In this document: positions 21,828-35,490 of the stretch, one piece after another
How positions within the stretch are numbered: the stretch's first letter is position 1
How the letters are laid out: the number at the start of each line of letters is the position of its first letter
From: Penicillus capitatus
Lineage: Eukaryota; Plantae; Chlorophyta
Direction: 5' to 3'
DNA length: 64,000 nucleotides
Assembly (NCBI GenBank): GCA_965649825.1
Contig: OZ287712.1
Coordinates: forward strand, 124,001-188,000
Notes under the pieces: generated by a model
Database searches by the model: none
What the model was told of the DNA's origin: nothing
The model's input: only the letters and a program-made list of their open reading frames with translations
Position numbers and translations under genes: made by a program

Positions 21828-24530
21828 TTATGTTTGCGAAAATCGTGTCTTCAGCGCATTCACCTGACGCCCCTCAATTGCACTCAACATATCCGTGAAA
21901 CCTAACCAACCATCCATCCATCCAATACTTCAAAAGAGTGAGATAAGAGTGAGACCTGCACAGATGGCGGAAGATTTGAGGTAACCCCAAACGGTTTCGG
22001 CGTTTGGATTGAGGGAGAGAGCACGAACGTAGTGTTGTACAGATGTGGCATAGTCACCTAGATTGGCGTAGCTGATGCCAAGGTTGGCCCAGCCTCTCAT
22101 GTAGTTGGGTTTCTTCTCGAGTGCCTTCTGATAGGCGACAATGGCGTCGCCGCTTTTGGCGGCGTTGGCCTGAGTGGCACCCAATTTGTTCCATAGCGAA
22201 TAATCATCTGGTCGCAGCTGAACAGCAGAATGGAAAAGCGAGATCGCCTCTTCGAAGTTCCGCCCGAGGTGGTGCAAAACACCCAGGGCCACGTGAACAT
22301 CCGCATCGGATGACGCCTCGGGCAGGATTCGGTGAAACACTTGCATGGCATGACTCATGGCCTGACTGGGATCTACACACACCATCCCAACTCAACGACG
22401 GTTAACAGTTAAGGAAGAGAAGCAGTGCCTTGCGGTTTCGAAGTCAGCGCAGGATGGGATTGGTAGAGTGGATGCTGACGAAGCCATGATATGAGACATT
22501 CGACCGTCTTCGCTTCGTGCAGCTCGTTGGCATGACAGACACCGAGATCCAAGAGCACCGTCAGGTTGGAGGGATCGATCTTTCTGGCGCGGTTCAAAGC
22601 GGCGATGGCCTAGAACAGACAAACCTCATGAAAGGATGCCAATGCATCCCGCCGTCACGAGTGTGCACCTGAGGGTCGTTGTCGTTTTCTGCGTGGATCT
22701 TGCCAAGGAGGATCCAGGCATCGACGTTTTCAGCATTTCGCTGCACCTCTGCTTCGGTGGCCAGCACAGCCTCACTCAAACTACCCTGCAGATGTCACAC
22801 AATGCATCACACATAAGCTTGCGATCCAGCAGGCAACATACTCGTGCAAACAGATCCGATGCTAGGGCGAGCGCCTCAGCGTTGCTCAGAAACGGATTGC
22901 TAGTGGCAAAGGTATACGCTCTGTCCTCGTCATCGATGGGACCGTATGCCATTTGGCGATAGCTCTCCATCCACTCCTGGATCTCACTGTTCTCCAACCA
23001 ACCGCCTTCCAGGACACCAGCGTCCGCTTGTTGACCTTCTTCGCCTGCGGCTGAGCAACGTGGTCTATGTTTAGCAGTGGTCTACTGGCCAGTCGGCAAG
23101 GCACCTGTGTTCCGAAAGATGTCTTCCCATGAAGAGGGCCCCTGCATCGGCCCCTCGGCACTGTGCTGCTGTTGGCCGCGGGCATACTGAGAAGCAAATT
23201 CCGTCGCCCATCGTTCCGTCACATTTCCTTCTTTCACCTAAAGGAATAAGATTCTTGCCATCCTGTATAGAGAGGACACGCGTCGAGCGTCGGAACCTGA
23301 TCGCCTTCGATGACAAGTGCTCCGGAATTGAGTTTCTGAACGAAATGCAGGAACTTGGATCTCTGGAATTTTGGATCCGGATCGTTCTCCATCTGTCGAA
23401 TGAGCGCCGAGCTGACGTCCTTTGTCTCTTTGTTATCCTGAGTCGATGTCGCCATGGATGGCATCGTCTGTGGGGTCTGTTTCTGGGAGAAGGCTTCTTG
23501 GTGTGGTACACCGTAGTCCATATAGAGATTCGAGAACTGATCCATCCAGTTGCTACTCAACATGGGCTGCTGCTGCTGCTGCGTGCTGCCCGGAGCTTTG
23601 GAAACGTCCCATGCTTGATGGAACCCTTCAGAAGGTGATGTGACAGCTCCGATGCGCAGATGCCCCAGAAATCGCGATGCCTATGCAGAATGGATGGACT
23701 GTCAGTATTCAAGGCATTCATGTAGAGAGCTCGACCTGCATATCGGCAACATGCGGCCCGTGATCAGCAAACAGCACACGGCATAGATGCTGTACACGTG
23801 CAGCGACTTTCTGCTGTTCCGTTGGATCAAACCACAGATGATCCGGAAATGGAACAGCCTCAAAAGGCACGTCACTTCGCGTACACCTCATAAAACACTA
23901 CGCCATAGCAATCATCCATCCATCCACCAACTCCATTGCCCAATGCCCCACCTGAAATGCATTGGTCAGCGCTCTATCTCGCTCTCCCACGTCAAACGGT
24001 TGGTGCGCACTCTGCCGAAAGGCCTCAGAAAACAGACGCCTCTGATCTTGGGCAGCCGCCGCTCCCTGTCACTCTGTGTTCGGCAGCCGCATTGGTCGAA
24101 GCGGTGGAAGGGCACCTGTGGTGTTGTGATGTCGCTGAAGATGTTGTCAAAATCTTGGAGGGATCTAGACAACACGGCCTGTCCCTTTCCCTCCTGTGTC
24201 ATCCATTCCTTCCCCGATCGCATGGCAGCATCGCTGCCCTCATGACGCCTCGCCATATCTTCGGCCATGGCATCGTGGATACCCTTCTCCCTCTCTTCTG
24301 GCGTCAGAACGTTCTCGAAAAAGTTCTGCACGTTCGAAGACGTGGCTCCGCCCTAAAAGGACGCTTCTGCCTTCGTCGCCCTACCAACGATATCGCACTT
24401 GAAGTGCTCGGTCGTTGGCGCGCGTTCGTTGGAGTAGGGTCTCGGCCAGAGATCCCACAGCATTGCTTCGTTGCTGGCTGTCCGATGGCGCACAGACATC
24501 GCTTCCAGTGACGAAATTGCGCAGAGACAT
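21828..24530 (-). CDS. PEX5: Peroxisomal PTS1 receptor, multi-exon
   Basis: N-terminus MSLRNFVTGSDVC with the conserved Cys, WxxxF motifs, KFQRSKFLHFV, and TPR block YSLWNKLGATQAN...PNYMRGWANLGISYANLG. Confidence 0.95.
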
Positions 24531-24708
24531 GGTGACGTCATCTATCGCTCAGCGCCACGACAACGCCATTTAGTCGCCTGTCGTCGACATCATCGTCGTC
24601 GTTTTCCTTGTCACCGTTGTCGACAATTAGGCACGTCTATTTCCCCGACTGTGCTATCTCTCGCCCTGCCGAGGTCACTGGCGTCGCGCCGGTGAACGGT
24701 CCGCGCTT

Positions 24709-25626
24709 ATGTCGGTCAGCTTTCGGTCTTCCGGAAAGAAACGCGATTTCTGGGAAGACGATAACGAACTCTCTTCCCTTCTTTGTTGCAAGAAGACAAG
24801 ACACATTCCACCTCAACACGGATTCCATCTCCAAGGCTGCAGCGAGAATAAAGTAGGACTGCTCATCGCTGTTCACGATCGGTTTCCCATGCTCGACGAA
24901 AAAGTAATGATGTGACGTTTGTGTGCAATTGCGAAGAGTGTGACGTGTGTCTGTCCAGACGATTGCAGCGGTGCTGGAGAAGTATGGCGACAATCTGGAC
25001 GCCGCCATTGCAAAACTGGAGCAGCTTCAGTTGACGCCACAGGCCGCCATTCCCGAAGAACCCCCATCACCAGCGCCAGAATCTCATGCAAATGGAAAAG
25101 GTGGTGCGCCATCGACAGCGCCAGAATGCATGTCGGATGTGTCTGTCCTGCAGAGCCTTCGGAGACAAGTGCCGAGATACGTATGGCACCACGTTGGCTC
25201 GATACCATTCTGGAAGAGCTGTACAAGTCAACGGATCCCGCCGATTCGAAACGGCGTCTCGAAAATGTGCTCAAAGCTTTTGAAGAGGCCGCCGTCGAGA
25301 ACTACAGAGACAACTCTGAGGTGGATCGACCTCTTGTGATGATCCTTTTATGGAAACGATGGCGATGGTAGGAAATGAAAGCCGCCAAGAAGCAATTCGA
25401 GATCATGCGGAAGAACAACGCCATCCTCTGCAAAGCGCTGACGAGGAAACAGGAACAATACAAGACGCAGGACGAAGAAATGAACCGTCTTCGCGAAGTC
25501 CTGATGCAAGCCGAAGAGAGAATCAAATCTCTTGAGCTCAGCAACTACTCCCTGACGGTGCACCTGGAAAGAGCGATTGGGCCTAAAGTGAATGACCATG
25601 GAGCGCCGCCTCCAGATGTCTTCTAA
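24709..25626 (+). CDS. CUE-domain ubiquitin-binding protein with coiled coil (plant Cue family)
   Basis: AAVLEKYGDNLDAAIAKLEQL is CUE-like. The C-terminus KNNAILCKA...LELSNYSLTVHL...PPPDVF is typical of this plant family. Confidence 0.8.
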
Positions 25627-25671
25627 CAATAATCTATTTCCTGTTTGCATCTCTGTGATCGTGTTTTTGGT

Positions 25672-28066
25672 CTATGTCGTATTACAAACGTCCTCTGTGC
25701 ATCGCAGCATGATAATAGAGACCATGGACATGTTCGCCACTGAGGCTGTGGACCTGTGGAGCGTTCCTTTCGGCCTACGACGCAGCGTTCTTTTCTGTTG
25801 TGCTTTGTGAAAGGTCTGCTCTGGTGGGTCGTTTTGTGGCCGGGGATAGATGCTTGTCATGACAACTACTATTGTGCATTCGCAGCCTCTTCTGCAACAA
25901 CAGCGCGCAGCGTCATGGAATGAAAAGTGTGATAAAAGTGTGACGACGTGTGTGGATTTGCGGAAGATTTTGAGCCGCGAGTTGATTTCGGTCAGAGACA
26001 TGATCTGTGCACGAAGCTGCGTCAGCTGAGCGTCCGTCATCACCTGCACGACGGCGATGCGCGAACGGTCGAAGATTTGGCGGGATGCGTCTGTGTACGA
26101 CGTGGTGACGAAGATAGGCGATTTCGTCTTCTGTCAGCCAGTCTTCGGATCGTGTACTCAGCGACGACATCGAGAGGGCACGCACGGGTCGGTGGTCCTT
26201 CGAACAAGTACAGGATGATGGGACGTTTGCAGAGACTGTCATCATCACATGTCGCGATCATCGTCCTCCGTTGGCTGCGACAGTAGAAGGGGCTTTGTGC
26301 GTGTGGCCATGTAAGGCCGGAAGACGAGGTTCTTTTCGGGAGGGCGTTGAGAGAAGGCAGATCCGACTGGATGGATATTCGATAGACGCTCCAAGATTTT
26401 GTTCTGGATCTACACATCCATCCACATCCTTGACTTGCTCTTCGGTTGTGTGAGAAGTCAAATCTCACTCTTTGTACATGGATGTTGCTGTTGGTATTGG
26501 GAACCTCTTCACGTGCGTGTGCCTGGAGTCGATACGATGGCGCATACATTTCCAGGAACTCCGTTCCCGGCAGCTCCTCCGGCAGTTCCTTGCCTGATGC
26601 ACAGAGTGAGCGCGATGTGGCCGACATGCGTGCGGCAGAGCATACCGGTTGCCAGAATGGACGTCTCGTTTGCCCAGCATTTGGAAACGTTTCGGATATT
26701 GTACCCGCCGCCGCCGAGAACGAGCAACGGGAGATTGAATCCCTTGACATAACGCACGCACTCTGTGTGACCATGAATCGAGAGATTGAACACGCCAATC
26801 TTGTCCCCGTGCAACGAATCTGCCCCTGGAGTACGCAAGGCATGACAAGGTTTATACAGATGGGCAGTCATACCGCATTGCATCACAATGGCAGAGGGCT
26901 GATATCTTTGCATGACGCTACTGACGATGGTCGTAAAGAGACGCAGATACATCTCATCGTTCATACCGTCCTTAAGGGGGACATTGATCGCATAGTACTT
27001 TCCGGGACCTGTCACATCACTCTCCCCCTTTCCTCCGTGATGCAGATGTGTACCATCGCCTGCTGCCCTTACCAGTTCCAATGGAATTGAGCGATCCGCT
27101 GTTGGGGTAGTAGTCATCTCCATACTTGTGAAAAGAAAGCGTCAGCACGCGATCTGATCGATCGACGACAGTCATGTCGTACAGAATGCCTTGGCTGCAT
27201 ACTTGTCGTCAGGAATGCTTCCTCAACCCCATCGCCGTGATGCACGTCGATATCGATGTAGAGCACGCGGTGATGGTGCTTGAGAAGTTCCAGAATAGCG
27301 AGGACGATATCATTGATGTAACAGAAGCCAGCCGCCTGGATTGCTGACACAAGATCATGCGCCAGAAATCCGATGCATTCATCACCTCTCCTTTCTTGGC
27401 GTGATGCATACCACCCGACCAGTTGATAACCGTTTGTGTCTTGCCGTGATTGAGAAGATGCGCGCCGCCGATGGAGGCCCCACTGTAGCTCTGTCACATC
27501 AGTCACACATGACGCTCGCCGTCTCACACTTTGGCGGCGGCGGCGTGCCTGACAGTAACGATAGTGATTGGGAAAGAGAGGACAGTCCGTTCGCAGACCA
27601 TAGGCCTCCATCGCATGAGCCAGAATCTCAGTATTCTATACACAGGCCAAAACACGTTCGCTCACCGATGCCGCAGACCGCAGCGACGTGCCTCTTCTTC
27701 AGGAACGACCTCTTTCAGAAAAGAGATGTAATCTTGACAGTGAAATTGCTGAAAGTCTTCCTCTTCTGCCAGAGCAGGCTTCATGATCTGACATCCAGTG
27801 AGGCGCATACGATACAGGATGTCGGGCTGGGTATCACCTCGAGATGATGGTGCAGGCCACAGTGCAGGATCAGACTTTGCGTCAGCAGAAGGCGTTGAGG
27901 TTTCATGGGATGGTGTGCTGCGAAATGACAACCGCAGATCGCATCATCAAAGAAGTACGTCACCTGGAGGGCGCAGACAAACATCCCGTCAGCGAATCCG
28001 ACGCCGACAGCACTTGGCCAAGAAACGGGCAGATGCTCTCGATATCCTATCCCTTACTTTTCCCAT
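25672..28066 (-). CDS. Class I (RPD3-type) histone deacetylase, multi-exon; 3' end approximate
   Basis: Motifs [69 protein letters not shown] and [11 protein letters not shown]. Confidence 0.93.
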
Positions 28067-28112
28067 GCGCGACGACGCGTCCTCAGCTGCCGATGTCGTC
28101 GGTTTACCGTTT

Positions 28113-29749
28113 ATGATGAAAGGGACGTCTGTCGTGCGTCATGGTATCAGATGTCCCGCGTGTACTGCCGTCGCCTGTCGATCATCGTTATCCCCTCCGA
28201 AGTTGCCAAACAGGAAACCGGCGCGTGTCGCATGTCTGCTACCGAGGCCCCGGCGGCAGGGCTCTTGTCGACAACGACTGTCCCCTAACGCTGATTTGAT
28301 ACATGGGAATGGCTGGTCATTGTGGACAGCCGTTGTCGGATGTGCTGCTATGGGGCAGGTCGTGCCAAAGGCATCTTAGCTGCATCTCGCCCAGGAAGCG
28401 TAGGAGACAGATCGCGAGTCAATCACGAGTTGGCAAGCTCCTGTCCTCCCCTCTCCTCTCTATGTTCTTTGGCTTCGTTGCCTCCTTTATCCGAATACTC
28501 CCGCCGAGCTGCCCTGTCTATGACGTCATTTGGAATTGGTGTGTGCCTCTGGCGGCGGCACTCTATCTCTTAGAAACCGATCTCGCGACGTTCGGTCATC
28601 GCTGACATCTGGCAGAGTCTAAGACGATGTACTGCAGATCGGTGTCGTCGTCGGGATGGATCTTGCCAGTGTTCTGTTTGGGTGCCCTGGGGACGATACA
28701 GGGGACATTCGTCGCTTGGTGGACGGTCGGGATGCATCTGGGAACAGAGGGATGGAAACTGGCGGCTGTTCTCTGTGCGACATACATTGGCGGCTCTGCC
28801 AATCTAGCATCGACAGCGACAGCCCTACACTTTACCTCAAGTCCTAGGCACGGACTCGTCCCCTCATAAACTCCATCCCTCGTTCTGAAGGCCCCCTGTT
28901 GGCGGCGGCGGCGGCCACAGGTAACATTGCGATGATGCTCTATCTGGCGTCCATCTCTGTCATTCCTGTCCGTCTGCCGTCGAACGAACGGCCGTCGAAT
29001 GGCGATCCGATTCCTGCGGCGTCTGCCGTGATCGATCTGGTGGAACTCGATTCAGAGAAGCTCCGTCTGAAGAAGATCGTCCATCCGTATGAGCTGCTGT
29101 TGTCTGGACTCTTCCTCGGCTTTCTTTGCTGTTCCTTTGGGACAACCGTCGCTTCCTTTATTCGGCGACAGAATCTAGACATGGCCTTTGTAGCACTGAC
29201 GGCGTCCTTCTTGGGTGTCTTGCTCAATCAGAGCTCTGCCAGCTCCCTCGCCAAAGGTCTTGTCCATTTGGCGTCATATACGATGGCCTGGCATTCGGAT
29301 TTAGGTTCCCGAGCGGCCGGCAGTGCCCTGATGTCTGTGTTCTTTGTGGCCATCGGGGCATCTTGTGGATCCATCGGATTCGTCCTCTCTTCAACACCAA
29401 TGCTCTTCGCTTTTGTTCTCATTCAAATCTCCACGCATTTTCTATTCATGCTCATCTGCGGTCGATGTCTGCGCATTCCTCTCGTGCACACCCTAACTGC
29501 CTCTAACGCCAATGTCGGCGAGCCAGGAACCGCCGCAGGTATCATCGACGAGACCGAAGGCATTACGGGCACATCTGCTGTATAGGTATGGCCGCCGCCA
29601 GAGGATGGGACGCTATGGTACAACCTGCTGTCCTGCTCGGGTGCCTCGGCTACGCCGTCGCCAATCTCATCGGCATTCTCATCTCCTACCTCCTCAATCC
29701 TAACCCCAACCCACTCGCTGTCACACCAACCTCGGCGGCATCGACATGA
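28113..29749 (+). CDS. DUF819-family multi-pass membrane protein with transit-peptide-like N-terminus
   Basis: Motifs ATYIGGSANLA, FFVAIGAS, ASNANVGEPGTAA, GMAAARGW and VQPAVLLGCLGYAVAN. Confidence 0.85.
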
Positions 29750-29924
29750 AGCGACCGCGATTCTTTGGCGGCGCATCTCTACAGATATTCGCCTTCTATA
29801 CGCCAGAGAAACATCTATGCTTCGTTGTTGAGAGACAGCGACTCTACATTTGCCACTCACTCAAATCTGACACGTGGGATTGCTGAGATCCTTCTTTGTC
29901 CTGCAACGACCTTCTCCCGTACCG

Positions 29925-29950
29925 TTTCCGTACCGTTTCCGTACCGTTCC
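29925..29950. repeat. Short tandem repeat (CCGTACCGTTT), about 3 units, upstream of PEX11
   Basis: Sequence cccgtaccgtttccgtaccgtttccgtaccgttcc is read directly. Confidence 0.8.
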
Positions 29951-30015
29951 ATCTCTTCGAATCGACGAAACCGAACGGGCGGGCGTTTCATGTGCAGAAA
30001 GAGCAGTTGACCACA

Positions 30016-31022
30016 ATGGCGACGACGTTTTCCTACAAAGAGCATCTCCTGGTGCGGCGCTCTGACGCCTGTGTGCGCGAGACAGCCTCTTTGTCGATTC
30101 CAGATTCTCAATCAGTTCTTAGGGAAGTCTGATGGAAAGGACAAACTGTGTGCGACGATCCAGGTGGTCACACTTTCTCACTCAACCAATACCAATGCGA
30201 TGCCTGTGTTCTTAAGTACATCTGTCTTTTCGTCTGTGCCGGCAAACCTGGAAACGTGAAAAAGATACAAGCCTCGGTATCGGCGGCCAGAAAAGTGTTT
30301 CGCATTCTCAAAGTGTGAAAAGAGTGATCTCACTCTTTTGCATTCCGACTGAACTGCTGTTCCAGCCACTGGAAACGCTCACGCCTCTCATCTTGAAACC
30401 GGGATTCGATGCATCCTCCCCTCGACTTCTTCAGATTCTCAGCAAAGTCAGCGCAGGACGACAGCCATCTCACACGTGTGACCTCTGGCGCAGATCAAAT
30501 CGGTGTGCATGGCTGGCTACGTGGCATTTGATCACGTGGCATGGATGGGCCAAGCAGGACTGGTGTCCAACACGTCCGTGCTCAAGTCCTGTCAGAAAGC
30601 CTCTCTTTACAGTTGGTTTATTGGATCTCTCTGCTCCATATGTACGCAACGCTCTGGAGTTATGGGGAGAAGGAATTCTGCCTTCGTTTAGGCTATCAGT
30701 ATTTCGTTGTTAGAGAATTGCTCAAGGAGCTCCGTGCGAATCCGTCCGAAGGGGAGCTGCCGAGTCGTAAAGCCGTGATCCGAAAACAGCTCCATCAACA
30801 AGTCCTTACCCTCATTCATGCCTCACTCCAGGCACCTCCACATCGCTCTGTGATGTGACATCTCACGCTTTGCCTTTTCAGGGAGCACTGGCAATGGGTC
30901 TCTTGGAGATCGCACCAATCGGCGCGCGTTCTGTCGGCCTCATCGGAGCGCTGACCTCTGCTCTGAACTGTTACATGCTTTTCCCCACTCCGGAGCCACA
31001 AGAGAAGGAGAAAAAATCATAG
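30016..31022 (+). CDS. PEX11: Peroxisomal membrane protein PEX11 family, multi-exon
   Basis: Motifs FLGKSDGKDKLCATIQ, SAARKVFRILK, FDHVAWMGQAGL and LIGALTSALNCYML. Confidence 0.88.
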
Positions 31023-31179
31023 AGACGTTGTTTTTTGAACATGAAGGGTTTCATCAGGACACCACCACTCACTGTAACATATCCCTGATGAATACGATCC
31101 AAAGTAGACGCGCGACGCCTCACAACGTCGCTTCAGAGATCGATCCTACAATCGCCGTCGTATGTATGGCAGACCGAAG

Positions 31180-31716
31180 TCACGGAGAAAGGGACGACTT
31201 GTATTTTTCGAAGGCCAGGCGTTTGCCTTCCTGCACTTTTTTGTTGACCACATGTGTTGGCTCCGATTCACGCCACGGCTTGATTTCACGAAACCATCGG
31301 CTCTTCACCGCGCCGACCGTCCTGCAGCAGCGCCGCCGCCGATGTCCGCAGCCGCCACCGATGTGTCATCTCGCATCATCTCACCTTCCCAATGCCGCCG
31401 CCACATTTTTGTATGTCAGTCCCTCGCGTTTTCCGTCGTTCGATTGAGCATAGACGACCAACGCATCTTCCTCTTCGTTCCACGCCTTGTCTGCGATCGG
31501 CCAGAGAGAGGGCGCTGATGGAGGGTCGGCATAGACAGGCGGAGGCATCACCGACGGTCCCATCACCGCCCTCTTCTGTATACGCTGATACACCCAATCC
31601 GGCGTGAAATTGATATCGCGCCACAGGGGATAGTCTGCATGGTAATAGTGCCCGGACATGATAGAGGTAAGTCAGGTACTTGTGTACGACGGGGTTCCTT
31701 CGCCAGGTGCTGTCAT
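31180..31716 (-). CDS. Small Myb/SANT-domain protein, 3 exons
   Basis: The spliced frame gives WNEEEDALVV...YKNVAAALGRTVGAVKSRWF. Confidence 0.7.
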
Positions 31717-31776
31717 GTCGCCTAGGCATCCCCATCCGACTCGGGGATTCGTTTCCCAACGTCTGACACGAAACGC

Positions 31777-34324
31777 ATGACGAACTGCCGCTGTGCCTGT
31801 TTAAAACCGACGTCCGTCGTGCGGCGGCGCGAAACGGCGTCTCTGCTTCTGCCCCTTCGTCGACCGCAACCCGTCGTCGGGCTGCGGTCGGTCGCCGACA
31901 GCTTTGCCAGTGGTGCGACACGACGCGCCCTTCTGACACCACGTCCCTTCCGAAGGTCCCACGAAGCGACGGACGAAGGCAACAGCGTTGAGCCACTGAG
32001 GCGACGCTGCGTTGTCTCCTGCAAGAGCGAGACGGAACGCGAAGGCGATCCTTCATCGCAACGCAAGCGACCCGACAAACCAACCTGGACGCCGTGGAGT
32101 TGGATTGGCCGCCTGGCGGCGCATCTGCGACTGGAGCAACTCGTTCTCCTGTTGTTCAACATTCAGATCCTATTCTTTCTTCTTAGACTGTGGCCGCTTT
32201 CCGGTCGTCTTGGCAACAACGGCGCACAGACCGTCAATCTGACTGTTCCATTCTCGGAGTTTGTTTCGAGAGTAAAATCCAATGAGGTGGATGGGGTGCA
32301 GATGGATGGGTATGATATGACCTTTACCGTTCGACCCACTTCAAAACTGATGAAAGATTTGCCGAAAGGCAGCGAAAATGTCAAACTTATGTATCGCACT
32401 GTCCGACCGACGGACTACCCCACACCCTACGACACGCTGGAACAGCACGGCGTGAAATTCAGTTCTCTAGAGAAACGCGGCAGTCTGATCGTGACTGTCA
32501 TGGTAAGGCAGGCTGTGCGTGTAGGGACGGCGCCATGGTGAGGGTTTCGCCTTCTGTAGGCTTATGCGTTGTATCTCGGTTTGCTGTTGACGATCTTTGG
32601 CCGTTTGCAGTTTCGATTGCCGCAGCGTACCATCGGCCGCAAGCACCAAAACGCATCGACGAGCAGCCGTATTAAATTCGATGACGTGGCTGGCGTCGAT
32701 GAGGCCAAAGAAGAATTGGAAGAGATCGTGGAGTTTCTGAAGAATCCTGAAAAGTTTAGTAAACTGGGTGCCAGTCCACCTTGCGGCGTGTTGCTTGTCG
32801 GGCCGCCCGGAACGGGAAAGACGATGCTGGCAAGGGCCGTCGCCGGAGAAGCGGAGGTCCCTTTCTTCAGCATCGCCGCCAGCGAATTCGTCGAGCTCTA
32901 CGTGGGAATGGGAGCCATGCGTGTACGCGAGCTCTTTGCTCAGGCGCGAAAAGAAGCGCCGGCCATCGTGTTCATCGACGAGATCGATGCCGTGGCTAAG
33001 GGACGCGATTCGAGGCTCAGAGGTGTGGGAAATGACGAGCGGGAGCAGACGCTGAATCAACTGTTGACGGAGCTGGATGGATTTGAGACGAACAAAGACA
33101 ACGTGGTTATCTGCCTGGCTGCCACCAACCGACCGGATGTGTTGGATTCGGCCCTCCTCAGACCGGGACGCTTTGATCGTCGCGTTTCCGTGCAGCAGCC
33201 AGATCGCATCGGCCGCGAACACATTCTCAAAGTCTGCGTCTCACACTTTTGGATGGGACAGGTTAAGTGTGATATGAGGGCAGGTGCACATTGATCGGAA
33301 GAATTTGCCGTTGGCAGATGATGTGACGATTGAAAGTATTGCGCTGCCGACTACTGGCTTCACCGGTGCGGATCTGGCCAATCTCGTCAACGAAGCGGCG
33401 TTGCTGGCCGGACGCAAAGGACACTCCAAAGTGACGCGGGAAGATTTTGACGCGGCGATTCTCCGAGCCACGGCCGGCATCGAAAAGAAACGATCCCTGG
33501 TGAAGGGACTCGAAAAGAGCGTCATCGCCAAACACGAGGTCCACCACTTCTCACACATGGACGATGGCGTGTATGTATGGGTCAGGTGGGTCATGCCCTC
33601 GTCGGTACAACGATCGCCCGTTTGCTTCCGTGTTCTGCCGAAGTGGAGAAACTCAGCATCATCCCGCGCGTCGGTGGCGTTCTGGGGTGCGACGTCCGTC
33701 ACATCAGGCCACTTGTCGTTAAGAACCGAGTTTTCTAGGTTCACGTACATTCCTCCAGGATCGGAAGATCGCATTCTCATGTTCGATTCGGACATCCGAG
33801 CACAACTGGCTATTCTCCTGGGCGGCCGTGCCGCAGAGATGCTCACCTGTGATGACATTTCGACCGGCGCCTCCGACGACATCAAGAAAGCCACCACCGT
33901 GGCCTACCAGTCCATCTCGGAGTATGGTCTGAGCAAGACCGTCGGTCCCGTCAGTGTCCAGGCGCTGTTGCAAGGCGGCTCGCAGGACGCACTCTTCCCT
34001 CGAGACAACAGCAAAATGACAGAGCTGGTAGAAGAGGAAGTGAAGATTCTGATCGATGCGGCACTAACCGTCGCCCAAGACGTCATCCATCAGAACCGCA
34101 ACATCCACGAAGGCCTCTCGATTGCCTTGGAGAAAGAAGAGCGCCTGGAGGGCGAGGATCTGCAAAACTGGCTCAGTCACATCGTCATTCCGACCTCCCT
34201 TCGCCAGTTCGTCCTCGATGGCACGCCGCCCGGTCATCCCTCGATGGACGAAGACGAGGCGACAGTGGTCCAGACCGAGATCGTCGATACCGCATCGACC
34301 GATAACGATCCAACACATGGATGA
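31777..34324 (+). CDS. ftsH: Chloroplast ATP-dependent zinc metalloprotease FtsH (FtsH7/9-like)
   Basis: Walker A GPPGTGKT, Walker [32 protein letters not shown] and a spliced HE-VGH zinc site. Confidence 0.97.
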
Positions 34325-34556
34325 TGGCTCCCTCTTTCGTGGTGGAGATCGTTGTATATAAGCAGCAGCAGTTACAGCGACGTTGTAAACCATCAACTGT
34401 CACATCTCCGGCCAGCTGATCTTCGGTGTGCGTACGTGCGTACGGGTTGTTGACCTTCGAACCACGTTATGCTGATGTCAGCGCAGCAGCAAGAGACGTA
34501 CGGGTTTACGAGAACCAATCCTTTGCTTTTACGGGTCGCCGTTTTTCCGCAGCGCG

Positions 34557-35105
34557 ATGGACTTCACCTTCTCCGGTTTCCTCAAATGGACGAGCGGCAC
34601 ACTGTTGGCCTGCATCTCCTTTGCCGGCTGGGTTATTGCATTCGTGAACACGACGATGATACACCACGACTGCGGTTCCAATGAGACATGCGACAATTTC
34701 TTCCGTCGTTACTGGTGGTCGCTGATGTTCCAAGCCGGTATCATGGCCTTCGTCTTTCTCATCTGGGTCAGCGGCAGCGTCTACAGACTCCGCACAGGCA
34801 TTGTCGGTTTTCTGACCCTCGTGACGGTCCAGCACATTGAACTCGTCGGAAGGCTCTTGACTGCTCTCGATGATGTGACGGTCGACCCTGCTTGGCCTAA
34901 GACAGAAGAGACCGGCTTTGACACACAATGGTTCGATAGAGAAGAAGTCAAAGGGAGTATTGCCGGTTATATGACCCTGGCCTTTGCCAACATGATGTAC
35001 ATGATTGTTTTGGGCATCGATGGGGAGAAGAAGGACGGACGCAGTACGACACCGGCCGAGTCCGAGAAAAAAGACACACCCCCTCAGAGCACGCCGCCTG
35101 TCTAG
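34557..35105 (+). CDS. 182-aa four-TM membrane protein resembling the Sho1 transmembrane region, no SH3 domain
   Basis: Four hydrophobic segments with GWVIAF, YWWSLMFQ, YRLRTGIVGFL and AGYMTLAFANMMYMIVLG. The Sho1 resemblance is by eye. Confidence 0.7.
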   Translation: MDFTFSGFLKWTSGTLLACISFAGWVIAFVNTTMIHHDCGSNETCDNFFRRYWWSLMFQAGIMAFVFLIWVSGSVYRLRTGIVGFLTLVTVQHIELVGRLLTALDDVTVDPAWPKTEETGFDTQWFDREEVKGSIAGYMTLAFANMMYMIVLGIDGEKKDGRSTTPAESEKKDTPPQSTPPV

Positions 35106-35490
35106 ATCACACATTGCCATTGCATTTTTGGACGGAGACATGAGCTCCATATTTTATTTTTTTTGTCCCGTTGGTCGATGGCTGTTTTGTCTCGGGCAGG
35201 AAACGGCTGTTGACTTTGCTAGCCTTCATCATTTGCATGCACATCGTTCTTCATTGTACATCCATCCAGTTGTTGTTTGTTGGATATTGTTCTGCTCATT
35301 TGACGCTTTGACGGACAGAGAGACAGGCGACGATTATAAGTGCTTGCTGCTTACTGTGCACGCGGCTCGTACGATACATCGTGGCAACGTCGATCGTCCG
35401 TTAACATAGCACGCGGGATGTCGCCGGCGGCGCCGTTTCTTCGGATGATTCGGAGAGATACGCAGAAACGTGGCCGGCACCGATGCATGC

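Noticed and set aside
20424-28066. Two histone deacetylases close together as a tandem duplication
   Set aside because: They belong to different HDAC classes, lie on opposite strands and share no visible nucleotide similarity.
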